A DNA stretch of 64,000 nt from Escherichia coli (GTDB lineage: Bacteria > Pseudomonadota > Gammaproteobacteria > Enterobacterales > Enterobacteriaceae). This document shows, piece after piece, positions 10,253 through 22,571 of the stretch (its first letter is position 1; each line of letters opens with the position of its first letter). The translations under genes and the position numbers were made by a program. The stretch is taken from the NCBI RefSeq assembly GCF_003334305.1, contig NZ_QOWS01000016.1; one strand, written 5' to 3'. The notes beneath the pieces were generated by a model. The model worked only from the letters and a program-made list of their open reading frames with translations, was not told the DNA's origin and ran no database searches.

Positions 10253-10984
10253 TTACTGCGGAAACCACTGGTCATTGATTTTCTGATATGTACCGTCAGC
10301 TTTAATTGCTGCCAGCGCGTTATTCAGTTTTTCCAGCAGAGCTTTGTTATCCGGACGTACAGCGATGCCCAGACCGGTGCCGAAGTATTGCGGATCGGTC
10401 ACTTTTTCAGTAGCAACGCCCAGTTGCGGATTGGTTTTCAGCCATTCGTTTACCACCGCTGTGTCACCAAATACCCCATCAATACGACCATTTTTCAGAT
10501 CGATAAAGGCATTCTGATAACTGTCATAGGAGACAGTTTTCACTTCGGGGTGCTGATCCTGAATATATTTCTGGTGCGTGGTGCCGTTTTCCATCCCAAT
10601 ACGTTTGCCTTTCAGATCGGCAAACGTTTTGTAGGTATCTTTTTTGGCAATCACGACGGCTGAGTTTTCATAGTAGGGCGTGGTAAACGATACCTGCTTG
10701 CTACGCTCGGGCGTGATATCCATACCGGAGATTACGGCGTCATATTTTCTGAATTTCAGTGACGGGATCAGGCTGTCGAACGCGTGATTAGTAAAAGTAC
10801 ATTCTGCCTGCATTTGTTTGCACAAGGCTTTTGCCAGATCGATATCAAAGCCGACAATCTCATTATTAGCACCTATAGATTCAAAGGGTGGATAGGTGGC
10901 TGAAACGCCAAAATTGATTTTCTCTGCGGCAGAAGCACCGAAAGTAAAGGAAGCAAGTAAAGCGGCAAGAACTAACTTTTTCAT
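10253..10984 (-). CDS. artJ: Arginine ABC transporter periplasmic binding protein ArtJ
   Basis: ORF track 10253..11035 trimmed to ATG at 10984 (MKKLVLAALLASFTFGASA signal peptide), 243 aa. Confidence 0.9.
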   Translation of the reverse strand: MKKLVLAALLASFTFGASAAEKINFGVSATYPPFESIGANNEIVGFDIDLAKALCKQMQAECTFTNHAFDSLIPSLKFRKYDAVISGMDITPERSKQVSFTTPYYENSAVVIAKKDTYKTFADLKGKRIGMENGTTHQKYIQDQHPEVKTVSYDSYQNAFIDLKNGRIDGVFGDTAVVNEWLKTNPQLGVATEKVTDPQYFGTGLGIAVRPDNKALLEKLNNALAAIKADGTYQKINDQWFPQ

Positions 10985-11098
10985 GATGGAACTCCCGTCT
11001 GTCAATCTTATGATTTTTGGCCGTGTCTGCGGCATGGGATAACAATGCCATCAAGTGAATTTATATGCAATAAATATGATTAAATAATTTAAATGAAA

Positions 11099-11135
11099 TA
11101 AAAAAAGACGGATACCTTAGTGAGTTGTCCGTCTT
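11099..11135 (-). terminator. Rho-independent terminator after artPIQM
   Basis: AAGACGGA...TCCGTCTT stem; on the minus strand followed by a 6-7 nt T-run. Confidence 0.6.
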
Positions 11136-11157
11136 CATTATAAGAATTTATGCACTA

Positions 11158-11247
11158 TGTAGGCCGGATAAGGCGTCCACGCCGCATCCGGCACAGGCAC
11201 CGTGCTGATGTCTGATGCGACGCTGGCGCGTCTTATCAGACCTACAA
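11158..11247. repeat. REP-type extragenic palindromes between artJ and artM
   Basis: TGTAGGCCGGATAAGGCGTCCACGCCGCATCCGGCAC and GCGACGCTGGCGCGTCTTATCAGACCTACA. Confidence 0.7.
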
Positions 11248-11275
11248 ACCCCCCCGGCGAATGTACGCAGCTACA

Positions 11276-11944
11276 TTAATTTCGCCGTTCGAATGCCAGT
11301 GCTTTGCGCTCGATCAGACGCATCATCAGCGTCAGCAGGCCGTTGACGACCAGGTAAATAATCCCTGCCGCACCGAACACCATTACATCGTAGGTGCGTC
11401 CGTACAACAACTGGCTGTATCCCATCACTTCCATCAGCGTAATGGTGTAAGCCAGAGAGGTACTTTTGAACACCAGCACCACTTCGTTGGAATAAGAAGA
11501 GAGCGAGCGTTTAAAGGCATACGGCAGCAGGATCGCCAGCGTATCTTTTTTGCTCATTCCCAGGGCGCTACAGGACTGCCACTGACCTTCTGGGATCGCA
11601 CGAATTGCACCGTAAAACAGCTGCGTGGTATACGCCGCACTGTTCAGCGATAACGCAATCAGCGCACATAACCACGGTTCTGACAACAAATGCCACAGTG
11701 CCGGATACTCCTGCAAAGTCGGAAACTGGCCCGGCCCGTAATAAATCAGGAAGATCTGCACCAGCAGCGGCGTACCGGTAAACAGCGTGATATAACCCCG
11801 CACCAGCCACACCAGCACCGGCGTTTTCAGCGTCAGGATGATGGTAAAAATCAATGCCAGAATCAGTGCCACAATCAGCGAGGCAACGGTTAGCGTCAGG
11901 CTGGTGTGTAGCCCTTTCATCAGTTCGGGTAAATACTCAAACAT
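11276..11944 (-). CDS. artM: Arginine ABC transporter permease ArtM
   Basis: 222-aa multi-TM ORF; start overlaps artQ stop by 1 nt. Confidence 0.9.
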   Translation of the reverse strand: MFEYLPELMKGLHTSLTLTVASLIVALILALIFTIILTLKTPVLVWLVRGYITLFTGTPLLVQIFLIYYGPGQFPTLQEYPALWHLLSEPWLCALIALSLNSAAYTTQLFYGAIRAIPEGQWQSCSALGMSKKDTLAILLPYAFKRSLSSYSNEVVLVFKSTSLAYTITLMEVMGYSQLLYGRTYDVMVFGAAGIIYLVVNGLLTLMMRLIERKALAFERRN

Positions 11945-12660
11945 TAGCTGGGCCTCCGCTCAAAACGTGTCGCGCGCAGGTCAATGCGTTTGAGAATGTA
12001 CTGACTGAGCAGGGTGATCACCAGGTAAATCGCCGCCGCCACAATGTACCAGGTAAATGGTTCCTGGGTACGAGTAGCGATGCTTTTTGTTTGCAGCATT
12101 AAATCATTCACACTAATCAAACTGACCAGCGCGGTATCTTTCAGCAGCACCAGCCACTGGTTACCGAGGCCAGGCAGCGCATGACGCCACATCTGCGGCA
12201 TCACCAGACGGAAAAAGATAGCCGATTTCGACAGCCCCAGCGCCTGACCAGACTCCCACTGACCCACCGGCACCGCTTTCAACGCGCCCCGAAGCGTTTG
12301 CGAGGCATAGGCGGCATACAGCAGTGACAGAGCGATGACACCACAAAGGAACGGGCTAACGTCGAAGTTCTCAATGTCCATCTGCACTGGGATCTGCACG
12401 AACCCAAGATTGATAGTGAAGCCATCCGAAAGCGTCAGCAGCAGCTGCGAGGAGCCAAAATAGATAAACAGCACCACCAGAATTTCTGGCAGGCCACGCA
12501 GAATGGTTACCAGCGCTGAACCTGCCCACGCGACAGGACGCCATTTTGCCGACTCCCATACCGCAAAGAACATCGCCAGCGCCAGCCCGACAATCAATGC
12601 ACAAACGGCAAGGCCGACGGTCATCCCGGCGGCGCTTGCTAAAGGAAAAAATTCATTCAT
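11944..12660 (-). CDS. artQ: Arginine ABC transporter permease ArtQ
   Basis: 238-aa multi-TM ORF in artPIQM operon. Confidence 0.9.
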
Positions 12661-12666
12661 CAGGAA

Positions 12667-13398
12667 TTACTTCTGGAACCATTTGTTGTAGATGGTTTCG
12701 TAAGTGCCATCTTTCTTCACTTTTTCCAGCGCAGTGTTGAGTTTCTGCTGCAGCTCAGTGTTGCCCTGACGTACCGCGATGCCGAGGCCAGTGCCGAAGT
12801 AATCTTTATCGGTCACTTTGTCGCCCACCGCCGCCAGTTTCGGGTTATCTTTCAGCCACTCAGTGACCACTGCGGTGTCACCGAAGACGCCGTCGATACG
12901 CCCGTTTTGCAGATCCAGTTTTGCGTTCTGGTAGCTGTCATACGGAACGGTAGTGATTTCCGGGTGCTTATCCATAATGAATTTCTGGTGTGTCGTCCCG
13001 TTCTGTACGCCGACTTTTTTGCCTTTCAGCTGATCAACACTGGTGTATTTGCCTTGCTGACCCACAAACAGGGCAGAGTTGTCATAGTACGGGGTGGTAA
13101 ACAGCACCTGCTTTTCACGCTCCGGAGTGATATCCATGCCCGCCATCACGGCTTCTACGCGACGGAATTTCAGGCTTGGGATCAGGCTGTCAAACGCCTG
13201 GTTAGAGAAAGTGCAGGTTGCATCAATCTCTTTACACAGCGCTTGTGCCAGGTCGACGTCAAAACCAACGATCTGGTTGTTTGCATCAATCGATTCAAAC
13301 GGAGGATAGGATGCTTCGGTAGCAAAACGAATGGTTTCGGCAGCTGTGGCGGAAAGACTAAAACCTGCAATTAACGCGGCAATCAGAACTTTTTTCAT
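12667..13398 (-). CDS. artI: Arginine ABC transporter periplasmic binding protein ArtI
   Basis: 243-aa ORF with signal peptide; paralogous to ArtJ. Confidence 0.9.
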   Translation of the reverse strand: MKKVLIAALIAGFSLSATAAETIRFATEASYPPFESIDANNQIVGFDVDLAQALCKEIDATCTFSNQAFDSLIPSLKFRRVEAVMAGMDITPEREKQVLFTTPYYDNSALFVGQQGKYTSVDQLKGKKVGVQNGTTHQKFIMDKHPEITTVPYDSYQNAKLDLQNGRIDGVFGDTAVVTEWLKDNPKLAAVGDKVTDKDYFGTGLGIAVRQGNTELQQKLNTALEKVKKDGTYETIYNKWFQK

Positions 13399-13415
13399 TG
13401 TTGTTATCCCGAATC

Positions 13416-14144
13416 TTAGTGAGAGAGATAGTTTTTAAATGCTTCGGTTTGCGGCTCGGTAAAGCAGCTCGCGTCGCCTTGTTCTACGATATGACCATTT
13501 TCCATATACACCACTCGGCTGGCGGTTTTACGCGCCACTTCAACTTCGTGGGTGACGATCACCTGGGTAATATTCGTTTCTGCCAGCTCACGAATGATGC
13601 TGACGATTTGTGCCGTAATTTCCGGGTCCAGTGCGGCGGTCGGTTCATCGAACAGCAGTACCTGCGGTTCCATCATCAACGCACGGGCAATAGCAACACG
13701 CTGCTGCTGACCACCAGAAAGATGCAGCGGGTAACGATCGCTATAAGGTTTGAGACGCAGACGTTCCAGCAGTTTTTCTGCACGGGCCAGCGCCAGATCT
13801 TTACTCAACCCCAGTACACGGCAGGGCGCTTCAATCAGGTTTTGCTGCACGGTCAGATGCGGCCACAGGTTGTATTGCTGAAACACCATGCCAACGTTAC
13901 GACGCAAATCGCGAATCGCTTTGTCAGAGGCTGTTTTGGTGAAATCGAAATGGTTGCCTGCAATGTTGAGCGTACCGGAGCGCGGCATCTCAAGCAGATT
14001 GAGTACACGCAGCAGCGAGCTTTTACCCGCGCCGCTGGGGCCAAGTAACACCAGCGTTTCGCCCTGTGGGCAATCCAGCGTGATATCGAACAGCGCCTGA
14101 TGCGCGCCGTAGAAGCAATTAATGCCGTTTAATTGAATACTCAT
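13416..14144 (-). CDS. artP: Arginine ABC transporter ATP-binding protein ArtP
   Basis: ORF track 13416..14243 trimmed to ATG at 14144 ([13 protein letters not shown]...), 242 aa; Walker [10 protein letters not shown], signature LSGGQQQR. Confidence 0.9.
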   Translation of the reverse strand: MSIQLNGINCFYGAHQALFDITLDCPQGETLVLLGPSGAGKSSLLRVLNLLEMPRSGTLNIAGNHFDFTKTASDKAIRDLRRNVGMVFQQYNLWPHLTVQQNLIEAPCRVLGLSKDLALARAEKLLERLRLKPYSDRYPLHLSGGQQQRVAIARALMMEPQVLLFDEPTAALDPEITAQIVSIIRELAETNITQVIVTHEVEVARKTASRVVYMENGHIVEQGDASCFTEPQTEAFKNYLSH

Positions 14145-14361
14145 TGACACTCGTATACTGGCAGTCTGATAGCTATTGAGGTCGAAGATAGTACCTTTGA
14201 CAGAATAATTATGCAATATTTCTGCTTTAAAAGTTAAAAGCAAAGCGCATTATTCAATAAACATAGCACAAAATAACGGGGGCGGTGGTCGGCGAGCATA
14301 AATGTCGGCATTCCTCACGAAATGCCGGACAATTTACGGGGTTTATTGGTTGATCAAGGCG

Positions 14362-14877
14362 TTAGCGATTCTCGATGGACTGACGGAGCGTACCCGCCGT
14401 GGCATGAACGCTGCCGCCTAAATAGCGTACATCGTCGATCACCCAACACTGGCCTTCCTGAATCATTAACACTTCATCCTGCCAGCTCTGATCACCCTGT
14501 TTTAGATCCACACGCAGAGGAATATTTCGCGCATCACGATTCGGGATTGTTGAGGCACTGGCAACACGGGCGCTCTCTGGCAAGGTTGTGCGACTGGAGA
14601 ATGGATCGTTGGTCAGTAGTTCCCGATGGTTATTATCCCGGGAGGCATCGCTAAGCAGTGTCGCCAGTTTGTCGCTCAGATAAGGGCGCAAGGCGGTGAT
14701 GTCGTTGCTGCGGTGCAAAATGCGGTAGTCATAAAATTGCTGGGCCACGTTATCCGGGCCTCCTTCAACGCAAGGACCACTGCGTGTGCCGTTATCTTTA
14801 TAAGCTGGAGTGACTGTGGTGCAGGCACTGAGGAGCAGTGCGCAGGGGATAAGCATTGTCAATTTGCTGTAGCGCAT
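14362..14877 (-). CDS. ybjP: Lipoprotein YbjP
   Basis: 171-aa ORF with lipobox-type signal (LLSAC). Confidence 0.8.
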   Translation of the reverse strand: MRYSKLTMLIPCALLLSACTTVTPAYKDNGTRSGPCVEGGPDNVAQQFYDYRILHRSNDITALRPYLSDKLATLLSDASRDNNHRELLTNDPFSSRTTLPESARVASASTIPNRDARNIPLRVDLKQGDQSWQDEVLMIQEGQCWVIDDVRYLGGSVHATAGTLRQSIENR

Positions 14878-15002
14878 AATGATTTCCTTATAAGCGATCG
14901 CTCTGAAAGCGTTCTACGATAATAATGATATCCTTTCAATAATAGCGTATCAGTCTGATAATGCTTTAGAGATCGAAGGCTTAACAAACAAGGAGATCGA
15001 TC

Positions 15003-15326
15003 ATGCAATTTTCTACAACCCCAACTCTGGAAGGCCAGATCATCGTTGAATATTGCGGTGTGGTGACCGGCGAAGCGATTTTAGGTGCCAATATTTTCCG
15101 TGATTTCTTTGCTGGTATCCGCGATATCGTTGGCGGACGCTCCGGTGCGTATGAAAAAGAACTGCGCAAAGCGCGGGAGATCGCCTTTGAGGAACTTGGC
15201 TCCCAGGCCCGGGCGCTGGGGGCCGATGCCGTCGTCGGTATTGATATCGACTACGAAACGGTCGGGCAAAACGGCAGTATGCTGATGGTTAGCGTCAGCG
15301 GTACGGCGGTGAAAACGCGTCGATGA
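15003..15326 (+). CDS. ybjQ: UPF0145-family protein YbjQ
   Basis: 107-aa ORF with AGGAG RBS; stop overlaps amiD start (ATGA). Confidence 0.8.
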   Translation: MQFSTTPTLEGQIIVEYCGVVTGEAILGANIFRDFFAGIRDIVGGRSGAYEKELRKAREIAFEELGSQARALGADAVVGIDIDYETVGQNGSMLMVSVSGTAVKTRR

Positions 15327-16153
15327 GAAGAGTCTTCTGGCTGATCGCTGCCGCTCTGTTACTGGCAGGGTGTGCAGGCGAAAAAGGCATTGTCGAGAAA
15401 GAGGGATATCAGCTTGATACCCGACGCCAGGCGCAGGCGGCGTATCCGCGCATTAGAGTGCTGGTGATCCACTACACCGCAGATGATTTTGATAGCTCGC
15501 TGGCGACACTGACCGATAAGCAGGTCAGCTCGCATTATCTGGTCCCTGCGGTACCACCGCGATACAACGGTAAACCGCGCATCTGGCAACTGGTGCCGGA
15601 ACAAGAACTGGCCTGGCATGCGGGGATTAGCGCCTGGCGCGGGGCAACGCGCCTTAACGACACCTCTATTGGCATTGAGCTGGAAAACCGTGGCTGGCAA
15701 AAATCGGCCGGAGTGAAATATTTTGCCCCGTTTGAACCGGCACAGATTCAGGCGCTTATTCCACTGGCGAAAGATATTATTGCCCGTTATCACATCAAGC
15801 CGGAAAACGTAGTGGCACATGCGGATATCGCACCGCAGCGCAAAGACGATCCGGGGCCATTATTTCCCTGGCAGCAACTGGCGCAGCAGGGGATTGGTGC
15901 CTGGCCGGATGCGCAGCGGGTTAACTTTTACCTTGCCGGGCGCGCGCCGCACACACCGGTAGATACCGCGTCATTGCTGGAGCTTTTGGCGCGCTACGGT
16001 TATGACGTTAAACCTGATATGACACCGCGCGAGCAGCGGCGCGTGATTATGGCATTCCAGATGCATTTCCGCCCGACGTTATATAACGGCGAAGCGGATG
16101 CAGAAACTCAGGCGATTGCCGAAGCATTGCTGGAGAAATACGGGCAGGATTAG
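15323..16153 (+). CDS. amiD: N-acetylmuramoyl-L-alanine amidase AmiD (lipoprotein)
   Basis: 276-aa ORF; lipoprotein signal (LLLAGCAG) and Amidase_2-type domain. Confidence 0.9.
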   Translation: MRRVFWLIAAALLLAGCAGEKGIVEKEGYQLDTRRQAQAAYPRIRVLVIHYTADDFDSSLATLTDKQVSSHYLVPAVPPRYNGKPRIWQLVPEQELAWHAGISAWRGATRLNDTSIGIELENRGWQKSAGVKYFAPFEPAQIQALIPLAKDIIARYHIKPENVVAHADIAPQRKDDPGPLFPWQQLAQQGIGAWPDAQRVNFYLAGRAPHTPVDTASLLELLARYGYDVKPDMTPREQRRVIMAFQMHFRPTLYNGEADAETQAIAEALLEKYGQD

Positions 16154-17163
16154 CGCGGCAGTTTTCCGTGGTCGCGTAGCCAGGCGGCAGTTTTCTCGAT
16201 ACCTTCATCCAGGGTGATGACCGGCTGATAACCTAACTCTTCCTGCGCACGCGTAATATCCAGCGTAAAGTCAAAATTCAACTTGGAGACGCCGTAGTGG
16301 GTCAGCGGCGGCTCTTTTGCTGACTTGCGGCCTAAACGCTCCATGCTGCGGGCGATCATATCCAGCATCGGGTAGGGGACGGAACGAATACGACAGTCAA
16401 TATTCAACTCGTCGATCAGCTTCTGCACGATGCTGCGCAGTGTGCGATGCTCGCCGTTGGTGATGTTGTACACACGCCCGGAAGGTAGCTTATCGCAGGC
16501 TTCCTGGCTTGCCAGCCACATTGCGTGCACGGCATTTTCATAGTAGGTCATATCGACCAGCGCACTGCCGCCATGCGGTAACAGAATACTGCCGTAGTGG
16601 TGCATCATATGCGCCAGACGGGGAATAAAGACTTTATCGTGCGGTCCGAACAGACTTTGTGGGCGCAGAATAGTAAAGCGCGTTTGTGGATTCGCCTGCG
16701 AAAGCATATTGATCACTTCTTCGCTGGCTGCTTTGCTGCGGGCAAACTCGTTGGCGAAGCGGTGAGGGCGAAAATCTTCTTTAATATCGCGATGGTGGTG
16801 ATAATCGAAGTACAGGGAGGGGGAAGAGATATGAATAAAGTTACGCACACCCCAGGCGACAGCCCATTCACCCAGGCGGCGAGTGGCGCGAACGTTAGCC
16901 AGATCGAAAGCCTGTTGTGTCCCCCAGGGTGAGGTAAAGCTGGAGCAGTGCCACAGCGTATCAATGCCCGCGAGCATCACTTTAGCTTGTGATGAAACCA
17001 GCTCGGTCAGATCCGCCGGAACAAACTCTGCGCCCATTTTTTCCAGCAATTTGCCCATTGCCTCGTTGCGACCGGTCGCTCGCACGCTGATGCCTTTCTG
17101 GCATAAAAACTCTACCGCGTTTCGACCTAAGCCGCTGGTGGCGCCGGTAACCAGTACCTTCAT
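16150..17163 (-). CDS. ybjS: NAD-dependent epimerase/dehydratase family protein YbjS
   Basis: ORF track 16150..17226 trimmed to ATG at 17163 ([13 protein letters not shown], Rossmann motif), 337 aa. Confidence 0.8.
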   Translation of the reverse strand: MKVLVTGATSGLGRNAVEFLCQKGISVRATGRNEAMGKLLEKMGAEFVPADLTELVSSQAKVMLAGIDTLWHCSSFTSPWGTQQAFDLANVRATRRLGEWAVAWGVRNFIHISSPSLYFDYHHHRDIKEDFRPHRFANEFARSKAASEEVINMLSQANPQTRFTILRPQSLFGPHDKVFIPRLAHMMHHYGSILLPHGGSALVDMTYYENAVHAMWLASQEACDKLPSGRVYNITNGEHRTLRSIVQKLIDELNIDCRIRSVPYPMLDMIARSMERLGRKSAKEPPLTHYGVSKLNFDFTLDITRAQEELGYQPVITLDEGIEKTAAWLRDHGKLPR

Positions 17164-17261
17164 ATCAATCCACTGTTGTTGAGAAAATAACGTGCGCATT
17201 CTTCCGTGATTTCCCCCATGATGCAATGGGAAACATGAAAGAATAACGCAGGTTTTGTCGA

Positions 17262-18692
17262 TTAATCTGTGCTTTGTTCTGCCAGTCTGGCGATTTGTTT
17301 TGCCATTCCGCGAAAAATAAACAGATGCGCGGGGATCATCAATAACCAGTAAAACAGCCCCGGCATACCGTGCGGATGCCAGAAAGCGCGGACATCGATA
17401 GTACGATAGTCGCCTTTATCTTCCAGGCTAAAACACAGTCGTCCCAGCCCCGGCGCTTTCATGCCAAATAACAACGTAAGTTGTTTTTCCGGTTCAACGA
17501 CAATCACTTTCCAGCTATCTACCGCATCGCCAGTCTGTAAATATTCGCGCTCCGGGCGGCCTTTCGCCAGCTTATGACCGATCGCGCGGTCCATCAACGC
17601 CCGTGTCTGCCACAAAATATTGCCAAAGAAATAACGCTCTTTACCGCCGATTTGGTTCACTACCTGCCATAAAGCAGCAAGGCTGGCGGACGTTTTAACG
17701 GTAAACCCCGCCTGTTTGGCAAAATAACCGTACTCCGGTCGCCAGCGGGCAAAGGCCTGAGCGTCGTAGCCCCAGTCGCTGGAGTTGACCAGTTTTTCCT
17801 CCTCTTTCAACGTGCTACGTACCGCGTCATCGAAAGCGATCAGCCGTTGTGGGATGAGTGCACGTAGCGCGGTATCATCCGCCAGCAGATCGTGTTTCAG
17901 CCCCTGAATCAACGCCCTGGCGGTGGTGGGCGGTACGGAAGTAATCACATTGAGAAACCACACCGAAATCCAGCGGGTGGGGAGGGGGATGGGGATCAAC
18001 CAGCGGCGCTTACCGCTCACCGCCATAAAATGTTCAAACTGTTGCTGATAACTGAGCACCTCTGGTCCGGCGGCTTCGAAGATGCGGTGTTCGCTGGCCG
18101 GATGATCTAACAACGCCACCAGATAGTGCAGCAAGTTTTCCAGCGCGATGGGCGTGGTGCGTGAACGTACCCAGCGTGGCGGCGTTAACACTGGCAGGTT
18201 GTAGACCATATCGCGCATGACTTCGAACGCCGCTGAACCTGCGCCAACGATAATTCCGGCCCGAAGTTCGGTCACAGGTACATTCGATTCACGAAGAATG
18301 TCCGCCGTAGCCTGACGAGCACGCAGATGATCCGACTGCTCATGTGGCGGGGCCTGCAACGAACTGAGAAAGATTAATTGCTTAACTGGTACTTCACGTA
18401 GCGCATCGCGGACGTTGAGAGCCACCTGGCGCTCCTGAGCGATAAAATCGCCGCCTTCGCCCATGCTGTGCACCAGAAAATAGACGGTATCGATATCCTG
18501 CAACAGGGCCGAAAGGTTATCCGGCCAGCTGAGATCGACTTTATGGCAACTGACGTTTGCCAGTTGCAGCTTTGCAAGCCTGTCGACATGACGTGCCGCC
18601 GCCAGGATCTGATGCCCTTGCTGGCTGAGTGTGCGCACCAGATGCTGACCAATGTAGCCACTGGCACCGAGAACTAAAATGCGTTGCGGCAC
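17262..18692 (-). CDS. ybjT: NAD(P)-binding domain protein YbjT
   Basis: ORF track 17262..18767 trimmed to in-frame GTG with AGGAGA RBS ([19 protein letters not shown]), 476 aa; 10 nt downstream of ltaE stop. Confidence 0.75.
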   Translation of the reverse strand: MPQRILVLGASGYIGQHLVRTLSQQGHQILAAARHVDRLAKLQLANVSCHKVDLSWPDNLSALLQDIDTVYFLVHSMGEGGDFIAQERQVALNVRDALREVPVKQLIFLSSLQAPPHEQSDHLRARQATADILRESNVPVTELRAGIIVGAGSAAFEVMRDMVYNLPVLTPPRWVRSRTTPIALENLLHYLVALLDHPASEHRIFEAAGPEVLSYQQQFEHFMAVSGKRRWLIPIPLPTRWISVWFLNVITSVPPTTARALIQGLKHDLLADDTALRALIPQRLIAFDDAVRSTLKEEEKLVNSSDWGYDAQAFARWRPEYGYFAKQAGFTVKTSASLAALWQVVNQIGGKERYFFGNILWQTRALMDRAIGHKLAKGRPEREYLQTGDAVDSWKVIVVEPEKQLTLLFGMKAPGLGRLCFSLEDKGDYRTIDVRAFWHPHGMPGLFYWLLMIPAHLFIFRGMAKQIARLAEQSTD

Positions 18693-18702
18693 GTCTCTCT
18701 CC

Positions 18703-19704
18703 TTAACGCGCCAGGAATGCGCGCCAGTGGGCGGCGACTTCCGCCAGTTGTTCGCGCGAGACGTCAAGATGCGTCACCAGGCGGACAATCGGCGAGGCGT
18801 TAATCAGCACGTTTCTCGCTTTCATGTATTCGCCTAACGCGGCAGCATTTTCTTCCCCGACGCGAACAAACAGCATATTAGTGTCCTGACGCATCACATC
18901 CGCGCCTGCTTCACGCAGTTGCTCCGCCATCCAGGCGGCGTTGTCGTGATCTTCCTGCAACCGTGCGACGTTATTTTTCAGGGCATACATCCCGGCGGCA
19001 GCCAGAATCCCGGACTGACGCATCCCGCCACCGGCCATTTTCCGCCAGCGGATGGCACGTTTAATGTAATCACGATTACCGACGAGTAATGAACCGACTG
19101 GCGTCCCAAGACCTTTCGACAGGCAAATGGTGAACGAATCACAATATTGCGTGATCTCTTTCAGTTCGCAGCCGTAAGCCACCACGGCATTAAAGATGCG
19201 CGCACCGTCAACATGCAGCGCCAGATTGCGCTCGCGGGTAAATTCCCATGCTTCTTTCAGGTATTCACGCGGCAGCACTTTGCCGTTGTGGGTGTTTTCC
19301 AGACTGAGTAATTTGGTGCGGGCGAAATGGATATCGTCGGGTTTGATTTTCATCGCCACTTTATCCAGCGGTAGCGTGCCGTCGGCAGCCGCGTCGATGG
19401 GTTGCGGCTGAATACTGCCCAGCACCGCTGCGCCACCGGCTTCAAACAGATAGTTATGCGCGGCCTGACCGACAATATACTCTTCGCCACGTTCGCAGTG
19501 ACTGAGCAGAGCGACCAGGTTGGCCTGAGTGCCGGTAGGCAGAAAAATGGCGGCTTCTTTACCGGAAAGCTCTGCTGCATAGTCCTGCAGAGCATGAACG
19601 GTAGGGTCGTCTCCGTAAACGTCGTCCCCAACCGGGGCGGCCATCATCGCTTCGAGCATGGCGCGGCTCGGTCGGGTAACGGTATCACTGCGTAAATCAA
19701 TCAT
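18703..19704 (-). CDS. ltaE: Low-specificity L-threonine aldolase LtaE
   Basis: 333-aa ORF recognised as LtaE ([31 protein letters not shown]...). Confidence 0.9.
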   Translation of the reverse strand: MIDLRSDTVTRPSRAMLEAMMAAPVGDDVYGDDPTVHALQDYAAELSGKEAAIFLPTGTQANLVALLSHCERGEEYIVGQAAHNYLFEAGGAAVLGSIQPQPIDAAADGTLPLDKVAMKIKPDDIHFARTKLLSLENTHNGKVLPREYLKEAWEFTRERNLALHVDGARIFNAVVAYGCELKEITQYCDSFTICLSKGLGTPVGSLLVGNRDYIKRAIRWRKMAGGGMRQSGILAAAGMYALKNNVARLQEDHDNAAWMAEQLREAGADVMRQDTNMLFVRVGEENAAALGEYMKARNVLINASPIVRLVTHLDVSREQLAEVAAHWRAFLAR

Positions 19705-19740
19705 GGCATGTCCTTATTATGACGGGAAATGCCACCCTTT

Positions 19741-21459
19741 TTACCTTAGCCAGTTCGTTTTCGCCAGTTCGATCACTTCATCGCCGCGTCCGCTGATAAT
19801 TGCGCGCAACATATACAGGCTAAAACCTTTGGCCTGTTCGAGTTTGATCTGCGGTGGAATGGCTAACTCTTCTTTGGCGACCACCACATCCACCAACACC
19901 GGACCGTCGATAGAGAAGGCGCGTTGCAGGGCTTCATCAACTTCAGACGCTTTTTCTACACGGATACCCGTAATGCCGCACGCTTCGGCAATGCGGGCAA
20001 AGTTTGTGTCGTGTAGTTCGGTGCCGTCAGTCAAATAGCCACCAGCTTTCATCTCCATCGCCACAAAGCCCAGCACGCTGTTGTTAAAGACGACAATTTT
20101 CACTGGCAGTTTCATCTGCACTACTGAGAGGAAATCGCCCATCAACATGCTAAAACCGCCATCGCCGCACATGGCGACCACCTGACGTTCTGGCTCTGTC
20201 GCCTGCGCACCCAGCGCCTGCGGCATGGCGTTAGCCATCGAACCGTGGTTAAACGAACCTAACAGGCGACGCTTGCCGTTCATTTTCAGATAACGTGCCG
20301 CCCATACCGTTGGCGTGCCGACGTCACAGGTAAAGATGGCGTCATCGGCGGCAAAATGACTAATTTGCTGCGCCAGATATTGCGGGTGAATGGCTTTCTC
20401 GCTCGGTTTAGCTAAATCGTCCAGCCCTTTGCGGGCATCGCGGTAATCTTCCAGCGCTTTATCCAGAAACTTGCGATCGGTTTTTTCTTCCACCAGTGGC
20501 AGCAATGCACGCAGAGTCGACTTGATATCGCCGACCAGTGCCATATCCACCTTGCTGTGAGCGCCGATGCTGGCTGGGTTGATATCAATCTGAATGATTT
20601 TGGCATCGGTCGGGTAGAAGGCGCGGTAGGGAAATTGCGTGCCGAGTAGCACTAACGTGTCGGCGTTCATCATGGTATGGAAACCTGACGAGAAGCCGAT
20701 TAACCCGGTCATTCCAACATCATACGGATTATCGTATTCGACATGTTCTTTACCGCGCAGGGCATGAACAATAGGCGCTTTAATTTTCCCGGCAAACTCA
20801 ACTAACTCTTTATGCGCCCCCGCGCAGCCGCTGCCACACATCAGGGCGATATTGCTGGAATAACGCAGCAGTTGCGCCAGTTTGCGTAACTCTTCTTCTT
20901 CCGGCGTCACGACTGGTTGTGGCGCATGATACCAGTGCGTGGTTGCCCCTTCTGGCGCAGGTTTTAACGCCACGTCGCCTGGTAACACGACAACCGAAAC
21001 GCCACGGTTAAGCACCGCTTTGCGCATGGCAATCGCCAGTACTTGTGGGATCTGCTCCGGGCTGGAAACCAGCTCGCAATAGTGACTACATTCGCGGAAT
21101 AGCTCTTGTGGGTGGGTTTCCTGGAAATAGCCGCTGCCAATTTCGCTGGAGGGAATATGAGCGGCAATCGCCAGTACCGGAACGTGATTGCGGTGGCAAT
21201 CGAACAGGCCGTTGATTAAGTGCAGGTTGCCGGGGCCGCACGATCCGGCGCAGACCGCCAGTTCTCCGCTAAGTTGTGCTTCAGCGCCAGCGGCAAAGGC
21301 CGCCACTTCTTCGTGGCGGGTGGACATCCACTCGATGGTGCCCATGCGATTAAGACTGTCACTAAGACCGTTCAGAGAGTCGCCTGTGACTCCCCAGATG
21401 CGTTTCACCCCTGCCGATTCGAGTGTTTTGGCGATATAAGCTGCAACCGTTTGTTTCAT
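19741..21459 (-). CDS. poxB: Pyruvate oxidase (ubiquinone-reducing) PoxB
   Basis: 572-aa ThDP/FAD enzyme recognised as PoxB ([34 protein letters not shown]...). Confidence 0.9.
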   Translation of the reverse strand: MKQTVAAYIAKTLESAGVKRIWGVTGDSLNGLSDSLNRMGTIEWMSTRHEEVAAFAAGAEAQLSGELAVCAGSCGPGNLHLINGLFDCHRNHVPVLAIAAHIPSSEIGSGYFQETHPQELFRECSHYCELVSSPEQIPQVLAIAMRKAVLNRGVSVVVLPGDVALKPAPEGATTHWYHAPQPVVTPEEEELRKLAQLLRYSSNIALMCGSGCAGAHKELVEFAGKIKAPIVHALRGKEHVEYDNPYDVGMTGLIGFSSGFHTMMNADTLVLLGTQFPYRAFYPTDAKIIQIDINPASIGAHSKVDMALVGDIKSTLRALLPLVEEKTDRKFLDKALEDYRDARKGLDDLAKPSEKAIHPQYLAQQISHFAADDAIFTCDVGTPTVWAARYLKMNGKRRLLGSFNHGSMANAMPQALGAQATEPERQVVAMCGDGGFSMLMGDFLSVVQMKLPVKIVVFNNSVLGFVAMEMKAGGYLTDGTELHDTNFARIAEACGITGIRVEKASEVDEALQRAFSIDGPVLVDVVVAKEELAIPPQIKLEQAKGFSLYMLRAIISGRGDEVIELAKTNWLR

Positions 21460-21556
21460 GGTTCTCCATCTCCTGAATGTGATAACGGTAACAAGTTTAG
21501 TTCATCTGACGGAGGGGGAAGGGATGGGAGAGAAAGGAGGCACTAACGGTTAAATA

Positions 21557-21582
21557 GCCCGATGAAAGGAATATCATCGGGC
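21557..21582 (-). terminator. Hairpin downstream of hcr (possible hcp-hcr terminator)
   Basis: GCCCGATGA...TCATCGGGC 9-bp stem; only moderately T-rich tail. Confidence 0.4.
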
Positions 21583-21591
21583 ATAAGGCGA

Positions 21592-22560
21592 TTATGCGAG
21601 AACCAAATCCCCCTGCGGATGGCAGGAGCAGGCCAGTACGTAACCTTCAGCGATTTCGGCGTCGGTCAGCGTCATTGTACTGCTCACCGTATATTCACCG
21701 GAAACCACTTTTGTCTTACAGCAGCCGCAAACACCCGCACGGCAGGCAGCGACAACCGGAACGTTATTGCTTTCCAGCGCCTCCAGTAGCGTGGTGCCAA
21801 CCGGGGCGTAAAATTCTCGTGCCGGTTGCAGTTTGGTGAATTTCAGACCGCTGGTCGCCGCTTCTGCTACTGGGGTGAAGAATTTCTCTTTAAAGAAACG
21901 CGTCACGCCGAGCGCTTTCACTTCCTGCTCTACCCAATCCATATACGGAGCCGGGCCGCAGGTCATCACGGTACGTGAAGCTAAGTCAGGTACACCTGCC
22001 AGCAGTTCGCGAGTGAGACGACCAGCGATAAAGCCTTCGGTAACGTTATTTTCTGCCACCAGCGTTACCGGATAGTTACGCCACTCATCGGCGAAAATAA
22101 CATCCTGCGGCGTACGCACGTTGTAGATCACCCGCACATCGGCCTGTGGACGGTTCTTCGCAAGCCAGCGACGCATCGACATAATCGGCGTGACGCCGCA
22201 GCCTGCCGCCAGCAACAGGAATTTATCTTCTGCTTTATCGTCGCAGGTAAATTCCCCCATCGCGTCCGAAAGCCAGAGATAATCACCGCGTTTTACATCG
22301 CGCGTCAGCCACTGGGAGCCGACACCGTCATCAATCCGCCGCACGGTCAGGGTGATATATTCACTCACGCCTGGCGTGGAGGAAATGGTGTAAGCACGCA
22401 GCGTTTCCGCTGAGTTTCGCACGCTGACCAGTGCATATTGCCCGGCGCGATATGGGTAGTAATCGTGGCAAATCAGGGAAATCGTCCACACATCCGGCGT
22501 TTCTTGCGTAATGTGATGAACCTGCATCCGCCACGGGCATTGATTCGTTGGCATCGTCAT
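21592..22560 (-). CDS. hcr: NADH oxidoreductase for hybrid-cluster protein, Hcr
   Basis: ORF track 21592..22566 trimmed to second ATG (MTMPTNQCPW...), 322 aa; C-terminal 2Fe-2S Cys cluster (CRAGVCGCC). Confidence 0.85.
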   Translation of the reverse strand: MTMPTNQCPWRMQVHHITQETPDVWTISLICHDYYPYRAGQYALVSVRNSAETLRAYTISSTPGVSEYITLTVRRIDDGVGSQWLTRDVKRGDYLWLSDAMGEFTCDDKAEDKFLLLAAGCGVTPIMSMRRWLAKNRPQADVRVIYNVRTPQDVIFADEWRNYPVTLVAENNVTEGFIAGRLTRELLAGVPDLASRTVMTCGPAPYMDWVEQEVKALGVTRFFKEKFFTPVAEAATSGLKFTKLQPAREFYAPVGTTLLEALESNNVPVVAACRAGVCGCCKTKVVSGEYTVSSTMTLTDAEIAEGYVLACSCHPQGDLVLA

Positions 22561-22571
22561 CGACAAACTCC

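Noticed and set aside
10129-11247. REP palindrome clusters as possible CRISPR arrays or a novel repeat system
   Set aside because: They have the GCCGGATG...CATCCGGC REP/BIME signature of E. coli intergenic regions, with no regular repeat-spacer periodicity.
13398-14048. 216-aa plus-strand ORF antisense to artP
   Set aside because: Overlaps the conserved ABC ATPase gene artP on the opposite strand, with no independent support.
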